DNA from: Giardia intestinalis
Lineage: Eukaryota
Direction: 5' to 3' (one strand)
NCBI GenBank assembly: GCA_000002435.2
Contig: CM018792.1
Length of the DNA stretch: 64,000 nt
The notes under the pieces are model-generated. The model searched no databases, was not told where the DNA came from, and was given only the letters and a program-made list of their open reading frames with translations. Each line of letters opens with the position of its first letter. Within the stretch, counting starts at the first letter, position 1. This document shows, piece by piece, positions 1-6,913 of this stretch. The translations under genes were made by a program, and so were the position numbers.

Positions 1-581
1 CTGAAGTGATCAAGTGTGCAGAGCTTCTCTATGTCCATAAGAATAACGCGATCATCTCCATGCATACTAAAATAGTTTCCACCCACGTGCTGCCCAGGCA
101 TTTTGGATTGTGTTACCAGAACCTTATAAGCCTCATCTGTCAAAATCAAATTTCCGCGTCCGTACAACTCAACTATCAAGTATCTTTTCAAGTCGCTGTT
201 ATATCGGCTAAACTCCAGGATGATTACACGATCAAAGTAGAACTGACTGACTCCTGTGCATATCATATTGCATATTTCTGTTCTGAGCCTATTTGAGAAC
301 GCCGTAGGCGGTATCGCCTTGCTCCAGTCAAAGCGTGTAGCATGCATATAAAACCCCGGCTCTATTATGATTGACGGCTTCGAGTATGTATCTATTAGTG
401 TCTGATTCTTTGTTTGGCACTGATCAATGACTGTAGTGGATGCATGAAACCGAAGAAGATAGGTGGTCTTGGAGAGATTTGTAACAGAATTAAGGCGTGT
501 ATTAACCAGAATAGCCGAAAGCTCTTTAGCCAAAACAGCTACATCAAAGGATGACGGGGTAAGTTTACGCGAGACAGACAT
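1..581 (-). CDS. NEMF/Rqc2(Tae2)-like ribosome quality-control protein, N-terminal NFACT-N part; partial, continues past window start
   Basis: Absent from the ORF track because it runs off the edge. Hand translation from the ATG (579-581, minus) gives MSVSRKLTPSSFDVAVLAKELSAILVNTRLNSVTNLSKTTYLLRFH..IIIEPGFYMHATRFDW..DRVIILEFS..YLIVELYGRGNLILTDEAYKVL with no stop down to position 1. KTTYLLRF and ELYGRGNLILTD match the conserved NFACT-N pattern as I remember it. Confidence 0.75.
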   Translation of the reverse strand, partial: MSVSRKLTPSSFDVAVLAKELSAILVNTRLNSVTNLSKTTYLLRFHASTTVIDQCQTKNQTLIDTYSKPSIIIEPGFYMHATRFDWSKAIPPTAFSNRLRTEICNMICTGVSQFYFDRVIILEFSRYNSDLKRYLIVELYGRGNLILTDEAYKVLVTQSKMPGQHVGGNYFSMHGDDRVILMDIEKLCTLDHF

Positions 582-589
582 AAATTATC

Positions 590-740
590 TCAATTTTTTA
601 ACACGTTAAGATGTTTGCCTTTGTGCGGGTCGCCAATAGTGCCATTGCACATGTAAGACCATACGGAGACATTAGCTATGTCGGAAGAGAGAAAAGCAGT
701 AGAGGCAAAAGTTTTATTTGCGACAAGAAGGCAGATCAAG
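590..740 (-). pseudogene. 3' fragment of a small secreted Cys-rich ORF split by the GC-rich insertion
   Basis: Minus-strand frame reads (R)LIC LLVANKTFASTAFLSSDIANVSVWSYMCNGTIGDPHKGKHLNVLKN-stop. There is no ATG of its own (the track start at 778 is GTG inside the GC-rich block). It is in frame with the 5' fragment at 4915-5091 once 741-4924 is removed. Confidence 0.7.
731..740. repeat. Left copy of 10-bp direct repeat GCAGATCAAG (putative target-site duplication)
   Basis: Exact 10-mer also at 4915-4924. Both copies sit exactly at the G+C composition breakpoints. The bases immediately outside each copy differ (g/c left, t/t right). Confidence 0.85.
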
Positions 741-875
741 CGTCCTGAGGGATCCTCTGTCGTCTCCACCTGCTTCACGCCGTGCTCCGGTGGGCTGGCA
801 CTCTGCGGTCGGCTCGAGCGCCTGCGGGCCTAGGTAGTAAATTGCCATCAGCGGGTCCTGCTCGCGGCCGCAGAC

Positions 876-2450
876 CTATTGCCTGGGAGCGGGGAGCTCC
901 ACGTCGCGGCCCTCGAGCCCGGGGGGCACGCGGTCGAGGACGGCGACAGATACGCCGCTCACGCCCTCCTCGCGCAGCGCGCTGGCCAGGCGCTTCCTGA
1001 ACCACTTGGCGGAGCTGGCCTCCTTGCCCTCCCGGTACTTGAAGCAGAAGTAGAGGGTCCCCCCGCCCCCCTCGTCCTGCACGACCCGGCTCAGCAGGTT
1101 CCACCACAGCAGCGGGCGGTCCTCGCCGCACCAGAAGCCCTCGCGCCGCCCGAGATCTCGGTAGGCCTCGGGCAGGTGGGCGACCTCCACGACGGGGCCC
1201 TGGGCCGCCTCTGCAGGGCCCCCGGCGCCGCACCAGACGTCCCCGGGGTCGAGGGCCGCGAGGCCGGAGCAGTCGCCGGGCACGCGCCCCTGGACGGCCC
1301 GGATCCCGACGCCCCGGTCGCGGGCCCTTCTGCAGGCCTCGGCGAACTTCTGCAGGGGCGCGGCGTGCCTGAAGCCGATGTACATCACGTACTCCCCGGC
1401 CTCCTCGCCGTGCAGGACGCGGTCCGGGGGCGTCTTCCCCTTCAGGACCCCCAGCCCCCGGAAGCCGGCCCCCCGGTACGCGTCGGGGATGCCTGTGAGC
1501 CGCACGACGCAGGCCGGGTCGCCGAAGGGCGCGCCCGCCCGGACCTTGGTCCTCGTGGTCCCGTCGTCGGTGTTGAGCACGACGCGCCGCTGGGCCCTCT
1601 TGATGGGCGGCTCGTCTGGAGGCTCTCCCGTCCCATCGGAGGAGCCGGAGAGCTCGACGTCGCTCACGGCGGGCGTCCCATCCACGCGCTCCGACAGCGT
1701 GCGGAGGTCGCGCCCGGGGGCCTCTGCGTATGCGTAGACGCTGCTGCGCCGGAGGGCCGGCCCCACGAGGAAGTTCCGCTGGCAGACGGAGTAGGCGCAG
1801 AGGCACGCGGCGTGGGCGGTGGGGAAGCGGGCCGCATAGCCCCGCAGCGCCCGCGCGCCCTCCCCGAGGACGAACTCGGAGAGGGAGACGCCCTCGGCGA
1901 AGACCGCGAGGTCTGCCAGCAGGCCGTCCCCGGACCCGGGGGCGCGGGGCACGACCCAGAGCGTGCCGTGGGCCTCGTGGGACTGCGGGAGGGACGAGAG
2001 GGCGCCGAGGCTGCTGAGCGAGACCTCGACCAGGGAGCCCGCGATGGCGCCCGCGGCCGGCAGGGGGGTGCGCGGCGGCTCGCAGGCCGGCTTCTCTGCA
2101 TCCCCACCGGGCCCGTACCGCTCGAGCAGCCGGCGCTCCCTCGGGTCGAGCGGGCGGCTCCCCCGGGCCTCGGCCTCCCGGCGGCCCCTCGCCACGCCGT
2201 CCCCCAGCGCCGCGGCCCGCCCCTCCTCGACGCACAGGCTCCTCTGGATGGTGTCGGCCAGGACGTCCGGGTCCCCCGTGAGCTCCAGGGTGCGGGCCGC
2301 CAGCCCGAAGAACGCCAGAAAGGTCCTCTGCTCGAGGCGCACGTTCACACTCAGCATGCATTTACGGACCCGGGCGGCGTACAGCGCGTGCGCCCCGTCC
2401 CCTGGCACGGCCGGCGGGGAGAGGGCGGCACCGGCGGGGCCCGCGGACAT
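876..2450 (-). CDS. Element ORF2, 524 aa, no recognisable family
   Basis: ATG at 2448-2450 is preceded by TTAAA (minus-strand GCCCTCCTTAAAATG). Third codon positions are almost all G/C. Amino-acid composition is varied (F, Y, C, H, W, K), unlike the overlapping R/G/P/A shadow ORFs. Contains a basic patch PPIKRAQRRVV. Confidence 0.65.
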   Translation of the reverse strand: MSAGPAGAALSPPAVPGDGAHALYAARVRKCMLSVNVRLEQRTFLAFFGLAARTLELTGDPDVLADTIQRSLCVEEGRAAALGDGVARGRREAEARGSRPLDPRERRLLERYGPGGDAEKPACEPPRTPLPAAGAIAGSLVEVSLSSLGALSSLPQSHEAHGTLWVVPRAPGSGDGLLADLAVFAEGVSLSEFVLGEGARALRGYAARFPTAHAACLCAYSVCQRNFLVGPALRRSSVYAYAEAPGRDLRTLSERVDGTPAVSDVELSGSSDGTGEPPDEPPIKRAQRRVVLNTDDGTTRTKVRAGAPFGDPACVVRLTGIPDAYRGAGFRGLGVLKGKTPPDRVLHGEEAGEYVMYIGFRHAAPLQKFAEACRRARDRGVGIRAVQGRVPGDCSGLAALDPGDVWCGAGGPAEAAQGPVVEVAHLPEAYRDLGRREGFWCGEDRPLLWWNLLSRVVQDEGGGGTLYFCFKYREGKEASSAKWFRKRLASALREEGVSGVSVAVLDRVPPGLEGRDVELPAPRQ

Positions 2451-2462
2451 TTTAAGGAGGGC

Positions 2463-4781
2463 CTATGCCCCCAGAATGCCGCACTTCATGGCCAGCGACG
2501 CGTGCGGGAACTCGTCCCCGTCGGCGACCACGCGGTGGTTCGTCACCGTCGCGACCCCGAACGGGACGAGGTCCGACGTGATGACCTGGCCGTTGCTCCG
2601 CAGCCGGACCAGGCAGGACAGCCCGGAGGCGCCGAACGCCCCCGCGCAGATCTGCGCCCACTTGGCCGCGTCGCTGACGGGGAGGCAGACGTCCGGGAGC
2701 CCGACGGCCCGGAACCCGTTCGCCAGCAGGACGTGGATGAGGGGCTCCTCCCTGTTCGCGCTGTCTCGCAGGGTGAACGCACCGTTCAGGCTGCAGAGGC
2801 TGTGCTCCAGCAGGCCGCAGACAGAGGCGATCCGCTCCCGCGAGATCGGGAGGGCCAGGTAGAGCGGGCCGGCGGGCGGGGCGCTGGCCAGCTCGGAGAG
2901 CGAGCGGATGTCCGCCAGCCGGCCCTGGGCCCTCCTCGGCGCAGAGGGGTCGGGGGGCGTCTGCGCCGCGAGCCGGAGGTAGTCCAGCAGCCCCAGCTCC
3001 GCGACGGACGAAAAGTAGTACTGGAGGCGCAGGAGCCGGCAGCCGAGCACGAACCTCCGCGCAGCGCGGGGCGCCGCCAGGAGCCGCCGGAGGAGGTGGC
3101 CGTAGAAGGCAGAGCCGTCGTCGCAGTAGAGCCCCGGCGCCCTGCCGGAGGCGAGCAGCAGGGGGCTCCGCCTCGAGGGGAGGATCTTCTCGGCGCGCGG
3201 GGCGGGGAGCCTCTGGAGGTGCGGCACCGCGGAGAGAGAGGCGACGAAGCAGCCGCCCTCGACGTCATCGGCCAGGAGGTTGACGACGCAGAGGGGCCTC
3301 CCCGTGGCGGCGCAGAACTGCTGCAGCGCAAGGCAGCCGGAGCCCGGGTCTGCGGAGAGCACCTGGGACGAGGCGTCGAGGTGGAGCCGCGGCACGTAGA
3401 GCGGCCTGCCGCACCGTTGGCACGCCCTCCCGCGAGAGACGGGCTCCGAAGAAGGCTCCGCGCCGCCCTGGCCGTCCTCTGCCTGTCTGCCGGTGTGTCC
3501 GGGCGGGTCCGGGGCCGCGCTGTAGAGCACGTTGAAGGCCGAAACCGCCGGCCTGTGCTCCAGGAGGAGCGTGCAGGGGGAGCCCGCGCAGGTGCAGTAG
3601 GCGACGTCCAGGGGCGTGTGGGCGGCGCGGGCCCTGAAGAGCTGCCGCCTGTGCTCGGGAAGCAGCGCGGCGACGGTGTCGTCCAGCAGCCGGGCCAGCG
3701 GGTACGGGCCGAGGTAGGCGATCCTGAAGTCGGCGCAGCAGAGGTTGCTCAGGACCAGGTTCACGAACCGCGCGCCCTCCCTGCGGTAGACGTTGAGGAG
3801 CCGCGAGGCCGCCCGGTGCTGCTCCTCCGTGTAGCGCAGCACGCAGTACCTGCAGGCGGCCTGGCCTCCCGGGGGCCGGATGCCCTGCGAGGCCGGCTCC
3901 AGCCTCAGGTAGTGGCCCGCAACGACGTCCTGCTCCAGCGCGCGGAGGTGCGAGCGCAGGTCCTGCTCGGACGCGAAGGAGAGCAGCGTGGCGCCGAGGC
4001 CCGCGGGGGCGGGGGGAGCAAGGGCGTCTGCGAGCCCCGGCGCCGGACTGCCCCCGTACTCGGCCTGGAGGTCGCGGAAGGCGCCCGGGAGAGGAGGGGG
4101 CTGCAGGGGGCTCGACGGCCGGGCGGCGGGCAGGCTACGGGGCGGCGCGAGCTGCGAGAGGGAGCAGAGAAGGTGGTGGATCTCCTGGGAGACGAGGTCC
4201 CTCACCGCGGCCACGGTCCCGGGGCGGAGGCCGCGGAGGTGGCCCTCGACGCTGGCGAGGAAGCTCCGGGCCAGGTTGTTCGCGGCGCCGTACAGCCCCC
4301 CGCCCAATGCCCCGGCCGCGAAGAGCAGGGAGACGGCGTACGAGTGGGGCCCCGGGCTGTGCTGCAGGTGCTCGGAGAGGGGAAACGCCCGGGCGGCGCC
4401 GACGTCAAAGTTGTGCACCTCGTTGAAGAGGAACTCGTTCACGCGGTCGTGCACGGACGGGGCCCTGGAGGGCGGGGCGGGCCCCAGCAGGCGCGGCCGG
4501 GCCGGGCGGGGGAGCGAGCACAGGGTTCCGACGTAGACGCTGCCGGCCGCCCCCGTGGCCCCGAGCTCCTTCACCCGCCAGAGCCCGGGGCGCGCGCTCC
4601 CCGCCAGCGCGAGCTCGTCGTCGAAGGCGAGCTTGATGGCCTGGGCCGTCTTGCGCAGGTCCTCCTCGGCCAGGCGGCGGCTGCGGCTCACCCAGCACCA
4701 GACCGGGACGGGGACCGCCGAGACGCTTATGGAGAGCTGGACCTCCTCGACAAGGCCGGTGTCGATGAACGCATAGCGCAT
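2463..4781 (-). CDS. Element ORF1, 772 aa, no recognisable family
   Basis: ATG at 4779-4781. Hand-read codons (ATG CGC TAT GCG TTC ATC GAC ACC GGC ...) are nearly all G/C-ending. Cys pairs: CRYC (aa 310-313), CC (348-349), CTC..C (396-403), CQRC (454-457). The stop lies 12 nt before the ORF2 ATG. Confidence 0.65.
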   Translation of the reverse strand: MRYAFIDTGLVEEVQLSISVSAVPVPVWCWVSRSRRLAEEDLRKTAQAIKLAFDDELALAGSARPGLWRVKELGATGAAGSVYVGTLCSLPRPARPRLLGPAPPSRAPSVHDRVNEFLFNEVHNFDVGAARAFPLSEHLQHSPGPHSYAVSLLFAAGALGGGLYGAANNLARSFLASVEGHLRGLRPGTVAAVRDLVSQEIHHLLCSLSQLAPPRSLPAARPSSPLQPPPLPGAFRDLQAEYGGSPAPGLADALAPPAPAGLGATLLSFASEQDLRSHLRALEQDVVAGHYLRLEPASQGIRPPGGQAACRYCVLRYTEEQHRAASRLLNVYRREGARFVNLVLSNLCCADFRIAYLGPYPLARLLDDTVAALLPEHRRQLFRARAAHTPLDVAYCTCAGSPCTLLLEHRPAVSAFNVLYSAAPDPPGHTGRQAEDGQGGAEPSSEPVSRGRACQRCGRPLYVPRLHLDASSQVLSADPGSGCLALQQFCAATGRPLCVVNLLADDVEGGCFVASLSAVPHLQRLPAPRAEKILPSRRSPLLLASGRAPGLYCDDGSAFYGHLLRRLLAAPRAARRFVLGCRLLRLQYYFSSVAELGLLDYLRLAAQTPPDPSAPRRAQGRLADIRSLSELASAPPAGPLYLALPISRERIASVCGLLEHSLCSLNGAFTLRDSANREEPLIHVLLANGFRAVGLPDVCLPVSDAAKWAQICAGAFGASGLSCLVRLRSNGQVITSDLVPFGVATVTNHRVVADGDEFPHASLAMKCGILGA

Positions 4782-4811
4782 GCCCGCGGCCGCCGAAGTA
4801 TTTTATGGAAA

Positions 4812-4838
4812 GCTCCCGGGCCGGCCGGGCTCCCGGGC
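4812..4838. repeat. Two copies of GCTCCCGGGC separated by CGGCCGG in the element 5' leader
   Basis: Read directly: 4812-4821 and 4829-4838 are identical. The region also contains CCCGG..CCGGG, which is capable of forming a short hairpin. Chance occurrence in GC-rich DNA cannot be excluded. Confidence 0.5.
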
Positions 4839-4914
4839 GGGCGGTGTGGGCAGGCTGCCTTTCTATCCGCTAGCTGGAGCGCACCCAGAGGCGCCGCAGC
4901 AAGACAGCGCGGAT

Positions 4915-4924
4915 GCAGATCAAG
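4915..4924. repeat. Right copy of 10-bp direct repeat GCAGATCAAG (putative target-site duplication)
   Basis: Identical to 731-740. Lies at the right composition breakpoint. On the minus strand it reads TTG ATC TGC (LIC) in the frame of the host ORF. Confidence 0.85.
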
Positions 4925-5091
4925 TCGTTCACTGTGGAAGGACACCGAGAATAGTGCTCAACGCAGTGTGTATCTGAGTTCCTGTCGCACTTCTTTGTAT
5001 CAGTGTTGAGGGTGTAGCCCGGGAAGCATGTGTCCTTCCCGCTGTCCTTTGCCAGCACGGTTGCACAAACTAGGAGAAATCCTACCAACAT
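4915..5091 (-). pseudogene. 5' fragment of a small secreted Cys-rich ORF split by the GC-rich insertion
   Basis: From the ATG at 5089-5091: MLVGFLLVCATVLAKDSGKDTCFPGYTLNTDTKKCDRNSDTHCVEHYSRCPSTVNDLIC. The N-terminus is signal-peptide-like, resembling the HCMP start in this window. The frame then reads 14 codons into the element (IRAVLLRRLWVRSS) and stops at 4870. An upstream in-frame ATG at 5397 is an alternative start. Confidence 0.65.
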
Positions 5092-5759
5092 TAGCCGGAG
5101 TACACGTGCCACTGCTCTTCCGTCAGGCTGATGTGTTGCCGCGAGCAGTGAGAGACAGCCGCTCTTGCTCTCCTTGACCAGTTGTACTAGAGAAGAACGA
5201 GATAAGAGCACACCCACCGGAGGCCAGCTGATGGCACGATTCCCCCTGGCTTCGATAGGAACAGGATGAGTGGGGGTCAGATTCAGACCGTGCCTCTCTT
5301 GTGGAGTGATTGTTTGGGATGCATTCCTATACATTGCTGTCGCTGTGCTCGTCGGCTTCCTCTGCAGAGGCAGGCATCTCGGTAATAAACGCGTCATTGG
5401 TGAGTTCTACTGATAGCGCCTAGATGTCATTAGTCCACGAATGTCCTGTTAATCATCCCAGAGAGCATGCCCTAAAATGTGACTTGCTTGGGCTCTGGCA
5501 GAATTGTGAATAAGCCAACTTAAACGTGTAAGTTTGTGCTATTGAAATTAGGAAAGAAGCGGTTCTCTTTCTCTAGCGAAGGACTAATAGAGAGCAAACC
5601 TCTAACTCTGCATATTGACAAAAGATTAAGAGTGATTCATAGCCTCGAAGATCAAAGCAAATGCCACAGTAGATACAATCTGATAATTTACTTTGCTATA
5701 CAAACTATCAATAGTTGGAGTACTAAATTCTACAAAAAGTGAAGGAGTACAGCACGAGA

Positions 5760-6725
5760 TTAGGCCTCCTGATCAACTGGAAGAGCACTATCTGCTGGTT
5801 GCTCATTAGCTGACTCGATCTGAGACTGGTTACTAACATCTTCCAATTGCTCCCTAGGTATCTGGGGCTTATCTGCATCGACCTGGGGAGGATGGCTAGT
5901 CGTGACTGGACATGAATTTTCAGGGGATCTGGGGGATTCAAGGCCTCCTTCAGCCTGCATTAGAGGATCCGGAAGAGAGGCCACATACGCTGCAAATGCC
6001 TCCATAATGGATACTGACTTGTCAGACTTGGCACGTTGATCAAGCGCAGCAGAAAGGCTGCTTACCTCTGCGTTGAGCTTGATGAAGTAGTCACCCATGC
6101 AACTGGTTAACTCGGCAATGAGGCTCATTGTAGTCCAGTCGATCTTCTCGAGGCTCGCGTGCTGATTAGCCATATGTTCCTTGTATGCTGTCTCGTCCAC
6201 CTCCCAAGAGCGCTTCAACTTCTGCATTTTAGCTGTTGTTTGCGATATTGCTTTAACCATCTTGTTTCCGCTAGAGCCTAGTTTCATATTCAAGATATCA
6301 AAGTCCAAATCATCGTACTGGCGCTTCTTCAAAAGGATTCCTTGTCGTTCCTTGTCAAGCTTTGTCATGCACCCACTCACAGTACGAAATGGCTTAACAA
6401 CACGCTCCTGAAAGCTCTGAGCGAGGTTGGCTACCGTAGAAACCAAGCCAGTATTGAGCGTGTTGACCGCTGAGATGAAGTCCTCGAGACTCTTAACATA
6501 GGGAGCACACTCAAAAGGTAAGAGATCCGGGCTTGGTGGGTTGCGCGACTTCAGGAGGGCCTTCTGCAGGTTCTTGGCAAACCCTTGGCCGATGACTCTC
6601 AAGTGTACAGAGAGCTTCTGGATCCACTCGAAGTTGTCGATGAGCTCATCAATACGTATCATCTCTGCGCGCTCGTAGAGGCGCACCTTGTTGGAGAAGT
6701 CGAAGTCAGGTTTAACCACGTCCAT
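5760..6725 (-). CDS. Hypothetical protein, 321 aa, probably helical/coiled-coil
   Basis: Long ORF. The first ATG (6723-6725) is preceded by TTTTAAAA (the track start at 6749 is TTG). No family recognised. Confidence 0.6.
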   Translation of the reverse strand: MDVVKPDFDFSNKVRLYERAEMIRIDELIDNFEWIQKLSVHLRVIGQGFAKNLQKALLKSRNPPSPDLLPFECAPYVKSLEDFISAVNTLNTGLVSTVANLAQSFQERVVKPFRTVSGCMTKLDKERQGILLKKRQYDDLDFDILNMKLGSSGNKMVKAISQTTAKMQKLKRSWEVDETAYKEHMANQHASLEKIDWTTMSLIAELTSCMGDYFIKLNAEVSSLSAALDQRAKSDKSVSIMEAFAAYVASLPDPLMQAEGGLESPRSPENSCPVTTSHPPQVDADKPQIPREQLEDVSNQSQIESANEQPADSALPVDQEA

Positions 6726-6913
6726 TTTTAAAAGCACTTTAAGACACAACTAAATCAGACAACTTCACAATGGGCTGTGGCTGGCATCAGATTGTGCTAA
6801 AACAATTGGACTCTGTCTGCGTCTCATACCTACTCTCTGGAGCAACACCCCCAAAAAGTTTACAATCAAAACGTCTGAAAAACTGCTAAAATTGGAATCC
6901 TTAATTTACCCAT

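Larger units (their letters stand above)
741..4914 (-). mobile_element. 4174-bp GC-rich two-ORF insertion of unknown family (candidate novel transposon or endogenous viral element)
   Basis: Abrupt composition shift at both ends. Flanked by a 10-bp direct repeat and interrupting a host ORF in frame. Two tandem ORFs with near-saturated GC3. A partial second copy lies at 45266-45368. I could not find TIRs, LTRs or a poly(A) tail. Confidence 0.75.

Noticed and set aside
6-296. Track ORFs 6-296(+), 5536-5742(+), 5723-5941(-), 33771-34079(+), 45106-45378(+), 45205-45447(-), 45424-45615(+), and the many ORFs antisense to long genes
   Set aside because: They are short, often TTG/GTG-initiated, and have no motifs. 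They either overlap a much better supported gene on the other strand (6-296 lies inside the NEMF-like CDS) or merely traverse the relic fragment.
1431-1457. GLGVLKGKT in ORF2 as a Walker A P-loop
   Set aside because: The spacing is G-x3-GKT with Leu at the position that should be G/A in [AG]-x4-GK[ST]. No Walker B candidate follows.
3117-3128. YCDD in ORF1 (LYCDDGSAF) as a reverse-transcriptase motif C
   Set aside because: No accompanying RT motifs A or B (no QG..SP-type block) at the expected upstream spacing. An isolated tetrapeptide is not evidence.
741-4914. GC-rich block as ribosomal DNA (Giardia rDNA is also ~75% G+C)
   Set aside because: I could not find universally conserved rRNA strings (for example GTGCCAGCAGCCGCGGTAAT or its complement). 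None of the CCGCGG sites is followed by TAAT. The block also shows clear three-base coding periodicity over two long ORFs.
741-4914. Terminal inverted or direct repeats of the element
   Set aside because: I compared the first ~135 nt with the reverse complement, and with the direct sequence, of the last ~133 nt. This gave only scattered short matches (ATCC, CTGTC, GTGC-CTCC). Nothing is convincing by eye; a computed alignment is needed.
879-5009. 1376-codon plus-strand ORF spanning the whole GC-rich block, plus many nested ORFs in other frames (775-2361, 1963-2862, 2786-3331, 3988-4536, etc.)
   Set aside because: Their products are dominated by Arg/Gly/Pro/Ala runs. They lie antisense to, or out of frame with, the two ORFs that carry the G/C-saturated third positions. 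Long stop-free shadow frames are expected in DNA with so little A/T.
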